A DNA stretch of 64,000 nt from Basidiobolus meristosporus CBS 931.73 (taxonomy: Eukaryota; Fungi; Basidiobolomycota): NCBI GenBank assembly GCA_002104905.1, contig MCFE01000039.1:139632-203631 (forward strand). The letters are read 5' to 3'. The notes beneath the pieces were generated by a model. The model did not search any database. It saw only the letters and a program-made list of their open reading frames with translations, and was not told where the DNA came from. Below are positions 11,101-24,365 of the stretch, piece after piece. How positions within the stretch are numbered: position 1 is the stretch's first letter; each line of letters starts with the position of its first letter. The translations under genes were made by a program, and so were the position numbers.

Positions 11101-14100
11101 TGAAAAGCCAGTAGGCTCCGGTTGGGTGGCTGGGGAGTCGGCAGGCTTGCTAGCAAATGAGAAACCGCCGGGTGCTGGAGAGGCCGCAGATGATTCTACG
11201 GGCTTGCTGGCGAACGAAAACCCGGTGGAAGCCGGTGAGACAGCAGGTGACTCAGCTGGTTTGCTCGCAAACGAGAATCCAGTGGATGCTGGAGAGTCGG
11301 ACGATTTACCTGCAAACGAGAATCCGGCTTCGCTTGCCTTGGATTGATTGAAGGCTGATGGCAAGGGTTCACCGGTGGTGGTAGCTGCGTCGGTAGGAGA
11401 TGAAATCGAGAATGAAAATCCAGGTGATGAAGGTCTGGCCAAGTCATCGGATTCCTCGTACTCTTCGTCCTCGTAATAGTCAACATCATCGTCAACATCA
11501 TCGTCGTCCAACTCCCAGTCTTCACTGCCTTGTCCCAAAAACTCCTCGTCGTGGCTCAAATGGTCGTAGGACTCCTCCGTCAGTTGGCAGTGGGAGTAAG
11601 CGTCGGATTCAGCGTCGTCGTGGTGTTCCACGTCGTCAGAAGCCGAGCTTTTCGGGAGTTTGAAAGGTAAAATCGCCACCGAGGGCTTGTGGATTCCAGC
11701 AGATAACTTGGTGCCCAAATCAAGGTCGGCGTTCCTTGAAGCCTCTAACACTTTGTTGTTCAAAGAAACTTGTCGCGAACTATTGGTGAGCGCTTTCTTG
11801 AGCGATCTATGGATCTCTTGACGACCGACTTGGGTTTCCTGAGAGATAGGAGACACCGTGGGGACGTAATACTTTCTCGGAGAAGGAGTAACCATTGAGC
11901 TGGTTGATTTGAAGGGGTTGAATGGAGTAGAGGGGGTTCTGCTGGCTACTGTCGAGTTGGGTTTGAAGGGAGTTGAGGGGATGCGGGCCGAACTGCTCAA
12001 TGATGAAGTGTTTAGATTCAGTCGGTTGATCCCAGCAGTTAGATTTTCCAAGTTGTTGGAGTGGTCTTTGACCGCACTGCTGATGTTTCGAATAGTACGG
12101 AAGATGGTATCCAACGAAGGCGCCTCCATTCCCCTTTTAGACCCCGAGTATTTCGAGGAGTTTTTCAGGAAAGCGAGGTGTCCCTCCAGCTCCTCTATCC
12201 TGTCATTCACCGTCTGCGAATATCTTCGAAGCTTTTGCTGATTATCACTATGCTCAGGGCCCAACTGGCGAACCTTGACTAGTTTGGCGTAGTCGGGATC
12301 CTCCTTGGCTCTCAAGAATCTAGCCGCTTCTTCCCTCTTCATTTCGATCTTCAAAATATCGCCTTGCATTTCCAACACTTGCTTCTTGGTGATCAGGGAC
12401 TTTTCTTTCAGCGTCTCGGCCTCTCTGCTTAGGTCGCAAGTCAGCTGCACCACTTCGCTTAAATCGCCCAGAGTCCAATGGTCGGCACCGGAGAACTCTG
12501 GATTGACCTTATCCGAGGGATTACGCAGGGAAGTCAAATTCACGGCTGATTCCTCGACACTTTTTTCAATCAAAGATAACTCTTTGGAGAAGAGGTGATA
12601 GGTCTTTTCGAATTCTTCGGCGATAATGTCTGGATTTTCGCTGGGCAAAGTGCTCTTATTTTGTTCTGCGATATTTGTTGGTGCAGAGCTGAACGAGCTC
12701 GACCCGAAGGTAGCGGTGCTCTTTGGGGCCTCTGCAGCTGGAGCCGCCTGTGAGATAGGTGATGAGAATCCTTTGAAGCCCGTAGAAGCTGCGCCAAAGC
12801 TGCTCATTGCCGGCTGTGCTTTAGGGGCTTCAGCAGCAACGGTGGGCTTAGAGATTGGTTCACCCAGTCCTTTAGGCTCTGGCTTCGCTACAGCAGTAGA
12901 CTGAGATGGGCTCGAAAATCCACCGAAAGCAAGTTTGGAAGGCTCGCTGGTAGAGGGGGTTTTTGGAGCGGAATCCGGTTTATTCCCAAATAGAGGTGCA
13001 CTAGACGCTGGCTTCAACCCGAAGCCCCCAAAGGCAGGCTTGACGGGTTCGGCTTTTTGCGATTTCGAATCATCGGAAGCCGTTGCCCCGAAAGCAGGAG
13101 CAGCCTTGGATAGGGCTCCAAAGGAAGAAGTGGCTCCGAAACTGGATGCACCAAATACAGAGGCTGCGGGTTTGCTTTCAGGTTTATTGGCACCAAATAT
13201 GCTGCCTCCCAGAGTGCTAGTATTCGGCGTAGCGGGAGCCTTGCTGGCAAATCCGAGATTTCCGCCGGTAGATGGTGTACCAAATCCTGTAGCACCAAAA
13301 GCGGGCTGTGCAGTTGATCCAAAACTCAAAGTGCTGGGAGCTGCCGCGGTAGCACCAGAAGTGGAGGGGGCAGCTCTGGCCGGATCGGGGGCTGGGATCT
13401 GCTTGGCACTTACCATTCCGCCGTATTTGATACCCTTGTTGATAGCATCGATATTTAAACAATGGAAGGCACTTATCATGCCATCACTGTTCATTAAAAT
13501 CAGAATTGGAACCGGCTCAACTGGAGTTGTACTGACTTCGGGATTTAGCGGAGGAAGCGATTCTGATGCCGTGAAATCAATAGCCAATCCAATCGGTGAT
13601 GTATCTTCATCAGTGATTTTGGAAAGCGGGACAGATGCTCGGACCGTTTCATCAAGAACCCAAGTGTTCCATTCTTTCTGCTGATCGCATCCAACTACGC
13701 CCACATCGGCAGAGGCGGTGCTGGCACAAAACATAATATATTTACATTCGTCGCCCCTAGAAAGTCGTCGTTAGCATTCGGCTCAAATCGAACCAAAAAT
13801 CCATTCCCATCCGTTACCAATTCTTAATCAGTTCGATATAGTAGTGAGAGCCTCGGTCCTTCACACCCCAAGGTGCACACGGGTCTTCTAGTTTGGTGTA
13901 AATGGTCTGGGACTTGTCTTCGGTAGATACAATGTACACTGAATATTCGTGACTGTCCTCTGGGTCCTCTGATTGTATATTGTATACAACATTGAATACT
14001 TTGTTTTCCAACCAACATACGGTTTCGACTAGAGGAGTGGTAACAGATTAATATATGTACCGTCTCTTTCTACGCAAAAAATAGATACCGTGGTTTGGAG

Positions 14101-15067
14101 TTCCAGCAATCGAAGGTGGTGCTTGTATAGTTCCTTTGGTAGTCCCATCGCAGGCTATAAGAGAGATCTCACTCTGAGCATTACCGCATGCAATCTGTTT
14201 TCCTTTCTGCGACCAGCAAACTGGATTAAAGCGTCGATAGGCATTCTTGACACCACAAGATCAAGCCGAATCTACTTACTTGCGGTGTAGGAGCTTCCTA
14301 TTTGTTGGATGTCCCCAGTAAAATCGACGAATTTCAAATTTCTATCGCTCAACAACACAGCCACCTGGGTAGGCTTTTCCATCGGGTTTGGCCGGATATC
14401 TCGAATGGAGCTTCCTAAACTAATGGTTTTGTATGGCTGGATGTTCCCATTCTGGATACGTGGGTTTAGTGACGGTAGAAAACCCATTCTACTCTGTAAA
14501 TTTACCTGTTGATTCAAAGTTGGTACGTCGTAGAGTAAAATATCCCCGGTGCTAGTACCAATCACTAGAGTGAGCTCATCAGCTGAAAGTCGAATATGGT
14601 GGACCGCGCCGTTGGAAACGGTAACCTCCGTCTTCGCCTTAAACTCGGCTGTGCTCTGTTTGGGCGCATTTTTGATGCTGTTCTTTAGGGCATCAACCGT
14701 ATCGAAGATAAAGCCTTAACAACACGTTAACAGCTATGTTAGGATAGAGGAATCCGCAAGGCCACTTACCCTTATTGGTAGCAGCCACTATGTATCCAAA
14801 CTGATTGGAAACTGCCAGCAAAGAAACATGACCTGGAGCTTCTTGAGGACTGAAAGGCTCGGGTGCGACCTTCAGAAGGACCTCTTGATTCAAATCCTTC
14901 AATTGAAGAAACTACCAATACGGTGTTAGAGCGCTTGCCGAGATCTATGAGCCAGCAAGCTAGACTGGCTCTTCTCTACGAGCAGCTGTCTATCCTACCT
15001 CGATCTCTTTCTCTTCAGTGATCTGTTCTTGATTCGAACCACTACCTAGCGCGGAAAAACTACTCAT
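8176..15067 (-). CDS. NUP159: FG-nucleoporin NUP159/NUP214 (beta-propeller, coiled coil, repeat domains)
   Basis: First exon MSSFSALGSGSNQEQITEEKEIE. Propeller motif SLLAVSNQFGYIVAA. Coiled coil EEFEKTY..QTVNDRIEELEGHL with LGPEH and PSLDTIFRTI. Many FG repeats. Final exon of about 5.5 kb. Confidence 0.9.
8440..9260 (-). repeat. Coding tandem repeats, PAFGSTTAFGS-type FG repeats
   Basis: Recurring TTAPAFGSTTAFGS...DKPSAFGS units in the C-terminal region, with high nucleotide identity between neighbours. Confidence 0.9.
9735..11335 (-). repeat. Coding tandem repeats, about 27 GFS(F/L)ASKP units including a 201-bp higher-order duplication
   Basis: Units counted in the translation. The string ggaatcgtctggcttgctggcaaaggagaatccggtggtggctggcgaggcagctgggga recurs at 10201 and 10402. 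Confidence 0.9.
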
Positions 15068-15716
15068 GCTGAAGTAAAGAGGAATGTCATGAAAAATAGC
15101 CAATGATTTCCTTATATCAGATATGTATTTTATCAATATGTTTACAGCAGGAGGGGTCAGGAATAAAATGTAAATGACGTATCTTTCGGGTGATGACCAT
15201 CCTTACGTAAATAACGGGATAAGCCCCACCCTGACATCTACTGTTTAGCCAACATCATGAACAGACGAACCGTTCATATGAACTACAGAATTTCAGGCAC
15301 GCCAGTGAGAATGTGGCCTTCGTTCGATTGGAAATGACATGCTTCTGTTCTGTTTAGCGCGAGGTTGGCTACAGACTCCAAGAACCAATTATTCCACTGG
15401 ATAATTATCTAATCTGGATTGTGGTATCCGAACCAGGCAAATGATCGCAATCTTTGATGTTGTCAACTCAGTAGTACATTGGTATATTTATATCCCCATA
15501 TTTTGTACTGAAGCGACCTCTGCAAAGAACCAGGAAACTCTCAGATTTCGAATTATAAATCAAGATTGATTGTTCATATATATCAGTACTCTTAAAGGTA
15601 TTCCCTATATAATGGGTAGCTTTGGTCAACTGGGTGCTTTTTTTGCACCAGCTTTAGAATAGAGGTCCCCCAACAGTCGCAGTAGTAGCAGCAGCAGAAT
15701 TGCTTCCTCTTTGAAC

Positions 15717-16724
15717 ATGGCGCAACGACAGGTTACTCTCCCCACCGGTAAATTGGCTGGTAGAAACGAATATCAATATGACAACCCAGTCATCACTGCC
15801 TTGCGACCATACAAAACCACCATTGCGGCTGGAGCTTCCGGAATTCTTGGAACTTTTGTTGGGTACCCCTTCGATTGTTTGAAGACACGCATGCAGACCT
15901 CGGAATTTCCTTCCATGAATACTTGCGCCAAGGTCATGTATCAAGAAGAGGGGATGGGTGCTTTTTATAGAGGGATAATTAGCCCGTTGATAAGCACCAC
16001 CTGCTTGAGAGCCTTCACCTTTACTGTGTATGACACGTTCAAGCGCAATTTAGTCAACAAACTACTTATACTACCAGAGGAGCACAGACTTCAGCAGAAA
16101 ATCTCTTTCGAAGAATACTCGTCTAAGAATTTCCTATCGACCTTGCCTTTCGTTTTTGTCGCTGGTGTATCGGGTGGTAGTGCCAGTAGTATCCCTTGCA
16201 TTCCCTTGGAACTGGTCAAAGTTCAGATGCAACTTCAGCGAGTTATCGCTTTGTCTTCCGGTTCCACAGGCAACCTGGTTCATGAAACAACCCTCAGCTG
16301 CACTAGGAGGATTGTTAGAGAATATGGGTTCAGTGCACTATATCGTGGCGCCACCTTGCATCTGCTTCGAGACGGTATTGGGATGGGATTCTATTTCGGC
16401 TTCTACGAAAGTCTCAAACATCTCGTCACGATACAGTTGGGCATCTCTGGGTCGCCTTTGGTGTATATGCTTGCCGGTGGTTGCAGTGGAACCATGTCAT
16501 GGTTTATCGGGTTTCCGGTGGACCTCATCAAATCCCGCATTCAAAAAGAAGCTTTCTTGAAGGAGAAAACGTACGCCAGCGGCCTTGATTGCTTCCGCAA
16601 AGTCATCGCTCAGTCAGGCATTCGCGGATTATATTCCGGTATGGTACCAACCTTGGTCCGTGCCTTCCCTATACACTCGATCAACTTTTTGGTATACGAA
16701 TCGGTGTTGAAGATTTTTAGTTAG
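15717..16724 (+). CDS. Mitochondrial carrier (SLC25) protein, intronless
   Basis: Three PX(D/E)XX(K/R) signatures: YPFDCLKTRMQ, IPLELVKVQMQ, FPVDLIKSRIQ. Resembles the amino-acid/carnitine carrier subgroup; substrate not determinable. Confidence 0.92.
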   Translation: MAQRQVTLPTGKLAGRNEYQYDNPVITALRPYKTTIAAGASGILGTFVGYPFDCLKTRMQTSEFPSMNTCAKVMYQEEGMGAFYRGIISPLISTTCLRAFTFTVYDTFKRNLVNKLLILPEEHRLQQKISFEEYSSKNFLSTLPFVFVAGVSGGSASSIPCIPLELVKVQMQLQRVIALSSGSTGNLVHETTLSCTRRIVREYGFSALYRGATLHLLRDGIGMGFYFGFYESLKHLVTIQLGISGSPLVYMLAGGCSGTMSWFIGFPVDLIKSRIQKEAFLKEKTYASGLDCFRKVIAQSGIRGLYSGMVPTLVRAFPIHSINFLVYESVLKIFS

Positions 16725-17245
16725 ATTCCCCTCTTCAACTGTAACTTTCCAGACCAATTGTTCTTAATTATGATGTAACGTATAAATATTAATCTTGTGG
16801 CAATACACCCAAATAGCCACTTCGTAAAGTTCATATGTACGTATTGTTATCCAGTGGGATATAGAGATAGAAGAGAATCCCACTTGAGTAATGAAGGAGC
16901 GCAGAGAGAGCGCTGTGCATACTAAACATCGATCAATAATAACAAGCCGTTTTCCAAGATTCGTACATTGGACACTTCAAATATAAAGCAAATCCACAAC
17001 CTATGCTACTCTTTTTTACGCACCAAATGTAACCAATGAATTATCAAATGATGATTTCATGGTTATAGCATGTGTGGGCCATATGATTCGGCAACAATTG
17101 CATAGGCTAAGCACATACCTGTACTGAAACTAGAAAATCTCTCGGTCATTTGTGACTATTAACCTTGTTCTATTGATAAATTTCAACTGATTGCTTCAAC
17201 AATACCTTTCTCAGCAACAGACGTGTAGCTTTCTTTTCCTTCGGT

Positions 17246-18761
17246 ATGCACATAAAGAGACCATCTTTGTTTTCTTCCAGCAGTCAATCTCTGCCCCTGC
17301 TAGAGCATACAGAGGATCCTATACACGTGACAAACGAACCGCTACCCAGTGATGACAATTTAGATGCACAACTAATGGATGCGAATCACGTTGGTTCACA
17401 ATCTACAGATGACTTGAATAAAATTGACCAGCACCAAGATCTTGTGGACTACCCCATTGACGGACCGCACCCCACACAAAGCAAAGTCCCACCGACCGCG
17501 GGAAATTCGAGATTCTTTGGTGGCTTGCATGGCTCGCGTTACAACTTCAACCGCCTTGTTAACCATTACGGACCATTGTTCACCAAACTCGATTTCGTCA
17601 TCTCGCTGTACCAGTGGAAGAACAAGCCCGTTTATTCTTGGCTCTTGCTGGTCGGGTTCTGGGTGTTCTGCCTGTTTCCAAAGCTGAGCGTTGTGGGTGG
17701 GCCGCATCTGCTAATTTTGAGCTGGATAGGCTACAAATACTACCTGAAATACCACGACCAAAACCACGTTTCTCCCTCAAAGCTCAAGAGGAAGGTTTAC
17801 GATCTCCAGAATATCCTCCAGAAGCTCACCCTGATAGACCTATTCATCAGCGTACAGCTCGGCAGGCTAGACTGGTCCAACCCTACAGAAACCTCGCGCA
17901 TCATCAAGTACGTTCTTTTCTCTTATCCACTCTGGGCGGTGACTTCATCCGTGGTGCCATTGAATCTGTTGTGCTTGATGGGAGGAACGACCGTTCTACT
18001 GTGGCACCATCCATATGTAGCCACCCTAAGGAAGCCGTTCACAGATGACTCCCCACTATTTCAGAGCGTCATACATGCCATACTTACACCCGTGGAGGAC
18101 GAAGCCGTGCTTGCTGCCAAGAAACGAGGGCTACCTTTGCGAAAATTGACCGCAGAGTCCAAGCTGATCAACGAGAAAACCCTCGAATTGATGTCCCGAC
18201 CAAGAAACGAGCCACCCACGTTGAAGGTGGTAGAATCGGATATATTTCAGGATACCGATGGGGCCACGGTATTTCAGCTGTTTGAGCATCAGCGAAAATG
18301 GCCAGCACTCGGCTGGACCACCCGCATGATGGGCAGTGATCCATATCCATGGTAAGTGGTATTCTATGGCTTTCTTGCGAGGAGCGATCGCTGATTATGT
18401 TCGATGCAGGACCGACGAGATGAACAAGTTCGTAGAGCATCCGAAAGATTTCGAGCCACCGGTGGTATCCAGCGTAGTCAACAAGCTCGGATCTGACGAG
18501 GGGAAGGCGGTCTTCCTGCAAACCAAGGTATGCTGGCGATGGATCGACGATGATTGGTCGCCTGCGATCACTGCCGAGACAGACGCTGAAGGTTGGGAGT
18601 ATGGCGGTAGAAAATTTGAGGCCTATTGCGCTCGCAGCGGAACAACCAGAATGACCAGGCGCAGACGCTGGTGCCGCAAGGCCATAAAGATAACTAGACG
18701 AGAGAAGTTGATGGATTATTTGCCTGAGGTGATAGAATTCGATCCATTAAACGCAGACTAA
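17246..18761 (+). CDS. Peroxin of the Pex23/Pex24/Pex30 type (reticulon-like TM region plus dysferlin domain), 2 exons
   Basis: Hydrophobic hairpins (YQWKNKPVYSWLLLVGFWVFCLFP). DysF motifs FEHQRKWPALGW..DPYPW|TDE, WRWIDDDW, DAEGWEYG, TRRRRWCR. Intron at about 18353-18408. Confidence 0.7.
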
Positions 18762-19076
18762 TGACGTTTGTGCAGCGTGACACCGAGTGTTTTTGGTTAG
18801 ACGTGATATTCGCTAGGAAGCCTAGAGCTCTCGTACGCTCCGTAACCTGTATAGTGTATATGCCAAATGGGCGCCGTATGAAGTAAACCAAAATTTATTT
18901 GCATCCATCCAAGCATAAATTATAGCCAGTGCAGACTGGGTTCCAAAACCAAAATGTCACAATGGTGCACAGACCGATAAAATAAACCCGCTTGACGAGA
19001 GAATCTAATTACATAAACAAGTGTCAAAGAGTCGTCCTTCTAAATGGCGTCTTTTTCGTCTCCATAGCCGCCCTCA

Positions 19077-21189
<2,113 letters not shown>

Positions 21190-21823
21190 GGTTCTTGGCA
21201 CTAAATACGAGTGGTTATCGATCTGCTTTATAGTACAGCTAGAGAAGGAGATATTTGAAGATACAGGATAATAAACATTAAATCAGTATCTCCATAAAAG
21301 GAGTAGCACGCAGATATCCCAAAAGGAATGAGGAGGTTTGGAGAGGTGCTTTGTGGTTCAACAAGTATTTCGGTTGATAATGGAGCTAGAGAGTAGAAAG
21401 CCATGGAATAGGGCGCTAAAATAATGGGGACCTAATTTCCGCTTGTCCTTGACCAATCTTCCATGTATATTGAAAACCATAAAACTCCGTCAATGGCCAA
21501 TAGGAACAGATGTGTATTTTTGAGTCTTCAAACAATACCAGTTTCTCGCAGCAGATCAGGGCGATAGATTCCAAATAGAAGCCCCATTTTCTGTTGCCCA
21601 TCGCTGCCCAACGTGGTACCCAATTTGTATTTCCCTTAACGCACAACCAATTAAGCAGATGCCAGTCCCTTCTCACGGGGCTAGTTGAACTTCCATATTA
21701 GTGCTTGTTGATCAACTGATGCTAAGGCTGGGTAGGCAGTAGATTGTGTGTAGTAGGTTAACTTTGGTGATTTATTGAGATATTTGCCAGTGAGATATGC
21801 TAATTAACAAGTAGAGATTAGCC

Positions 21824-21847
21824 CAATCGGACCAAATGGTCCGATTG
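21824..21847. repeat. Subterminal palindrome CAATCGGACCA-AA-TGGTCCGATTG of the piggyBac element
   Basis: Perfect 11-bp arms. The core GGACCAWWTGGTC recurs at about 22014-22026, 24272-24284 and 24290-24303. Confidence 0.85.
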
Positions 21848-22111
21848 TATTTAAATTATTTTGACCTCATAGCAAGGATATATGAAGTCTAAATGAAGTT
21901 TATGAAATCTCTCTGGTATGCACTTTGTGCTGGTATTTTGATTTTTTCAAAATGGTTGCAAATACTTTGTCTTATATTGCCTTTACTGAAGCAACTTTTG
22001 GCAAATTTTAATCGGACCAAATGGTCTAACACTTCATTGATGAATAATGGGTATGGCTTTAAGCAATTATATTTCAAACATTTAATAGCCAATCCTACTA
22101 ACTGCGAAGAA

Positions 22112-24123
22112 TTATTGAGCATTATTTGTTTTTTCATATACCACCTTCAAGTGCCTGGTATAGCAGTCTTTACACATTGGGTGGCCAGGGTTGCAACTGC
22201 ATGAAAACTCAACCTTAGTGCCTGTAACATGAGCGGCAGTACAAGTTTTGCAAGCTAATCTACGGCGCTTTGAGCCATAACCTTTACTCATCGACAGGTA
22301 AGTGTGATTTTCATCACTTCTGAGTTGCCTCTGACTACCCAAGGGCCCCTTGATGTCTGAACCGGCCAAATTCTTACAATATTGCAAGAAATTGTATGCT
22401 AAAATATCCTTGAAAGAGAAATGAGATACGCCACGCTTTTGGTAAGAAAATGTACGATAAGAGCTATAGGCATTGGCTTCGCAGATACCCAGGATGAAGC
22501 CGTAGAAACGCATCTCCCATCTTTCTGTAGATATAACATCATGATAAGATGTCAAATTATCTCGAAGGTTATTGGCAGCATCAACCGAACCTACAAATAT
22601 AGTAAATGGAGCACATGTTGTTTCTTCAAGACAGGATTCTACTTACTTTTATGGGTCTCATATTCTTCAACCACTTCCGGTCGCTGAATGGTTATCACCT
22701 CACCATTGTCCCCTACAAAAGTTCTCCGTCCAGTAAGCCTTGTTGTGCTGCAAGAAGAAATAAATGCTTTGATCTTGTAATCACGGTAGGCGCAGACAAA
22801 GATTCTCCCGCTCCTTGTTGTCTTGTTCATAGTAAAGTGAGCACCATACAAGTTGCCAACACTGGCAACAATATCGGTGGTGGGCATACCACATGGCCAG
22901 TAGCAGCGCTTAGTCACTTGCATAATGGAATACAGACCAAGTTCAGCCAGCATCATTGTCATATTTGGGGATCCGAGCCAAGAGTCAGCAATAACGGTAC
23001 GGCCAGTACCAAACCAAGGCTTGACTAATCGCTTGACAGTGGAAGTCAACTTGGACATACCAGGATCATTGTCATATTCCTTCTGTAACCAATCACTCAC
23101 TGTATCTATTCTCAGGATACAAGCAGTGTGATGGTCTGCTAAAGTCTTGAACTCCTGTCCGATGGGATGCGGCTTCCTTGGAACTTTCTTAACATTGGGC
23201 AAACCAGCTCCTAACCATTGATTCATTGATTCGTCAATGACTAAATACTTGCAGGGCTCTAAACAAGTTTTCATGTGTTCATTAAAGGCGTCAATAGTTG
23301 ATCTAATTTGATAAAGAGCATCGATTTCTTGATGTTCTCGGGAAGGGATTTCAAGAACGTGCATTTTCAGAATCTCTTTAAATCTTCTATACGACATATA
23401 TTCCGTAAAGTCAATGTTCATTAAGAAATGAGAAGAGCCTTGCTTCCAGTAAGCTTTTTTGTCGGAATGATTGATAACTGTCATTACAGTTATTAATGCA
23501 ATCCACATCATGTACTCGGCAAATGTAACGTCAGTCCAGGGGCCAATGCTAGTTGCATAAGCATTAATCCTCCGAACGATAGTGCGAAAGTGATCTAAAG
23601 GAAGGAAGAACAAGAAATAATCCAGTGGTGAGGCATTTCTAGCATTTTTCATATTTAACCGAGCTTTCAAGGAGGTAAAACCATCAGCTGGCCCACTTGT
23701 ACGGGAATCAATATATACTTCCCCAGTTATCCAGGTGTCTGCTGCAGTAAGGTCAATTTCATCTTCCTCCTGCTCCTCATCTTGGATTGCATCCTCCAAT
23801 AGGTCTTCAGTAACAATACTCTCGGTAGTATTAGCAGTTGCAGGTTCAATGTTTCCCAAGGTATCATTACTGTTAGTCTTGATATGCTTTAAACAGTTTT
23901 GTGAAAGAGTCAATGTAATCCCCGGTACCAGATCCAAAATGACATCATATTTCACATTGCCGTTGACTGTTGAGCGTGCAGTGGTAACTCCCTTGAAGCT
24001 CAAACCAGGTGTATTCCAGTCAAAACGCAGAGATAAAAGTCGTTTGACTTCCTTATGTTTGATAAATCGCTTGGATACTGATACACGCACATTAACATCA
24101 AGATGTTTACTGGCAGGAGGCAT
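22112..24123 (-). CDS. piggyBac transposase, about 651 aa, 2 exons (intron 22591-22646)
   Basis: Catalytic motifs LVIDESMNQW, VIADSWLGS and S|SVDAANNLRD. KKVPRKPHPIGQEFK. C-terminal Cys-rich domain (CKTC..CSC..CKDC..H). A GTAAGT..TAG intron joins the two ORFs in frame. Confidence 0.88.
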
Positions 24124-24365
24124 GGTTTAAGTCTTAAGAAAAGATAAAACGAATATGACGAATTATCAAAACAACTCCAAAAAATAAATATTCAGATTCT
24201 TGTTTATCAGAATATGATATGAAATAAACAAAGTAAGACACCCATCCAGAAAAAACAATTGTATTAAATTAGACCATTTGGTCCAATTTGGACCAAATGG
24301 TCCGGCCGAATCTCTACTTGTTAATAATCAATGATATATTCAATATGGAGAATTGGTAGGCTTGC

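Larger units (their letters stand above)
21808..24320 (-). mobile_element. Full-length piggyBac-superfamily DNA transposon (2513 bp)
   Basis: TTAA at 21804-21807 and 24321-24324. Terminal inverted repeat CAAGTAGAGATT (21808-21819) pairs with AATCTCTACTTG (24309-24320). Encodes a DDD transposase. Confidence 0.93.

Noticed and set aside
8440-11335. Regularly spaced repeats superficially like a CRISPR array
   Set aside because: In-frame coding repeats inside a eukaryotic gene; the intervening segments are related to one another, and there are no cas genes.
9704-11347. 547-aa plus-strand ORF (also 8459-9334 and 12935-13684) with LLAKENPVEAGE repeats
   Set aside because: Antisense shadow of the nucleoporin repeats. 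Repetitive low-complexity codons lack stops on the opposite strand, and there is no independent evidence of coding.
15031-15040. GGTTCGAATC (tRNA T-loop/B-box-like) on the minus strand
   Set aside because: It lies in the first coding exon of the nucleoporin, with no cloverleaf or A-box around it.
21893-22204. 103-aa hydrophobic ORF in the piggyBac terminal region
   Set aside because: AT-rich non-coding end overlapping the transposase 3' end antisense; no recognisable motifs.
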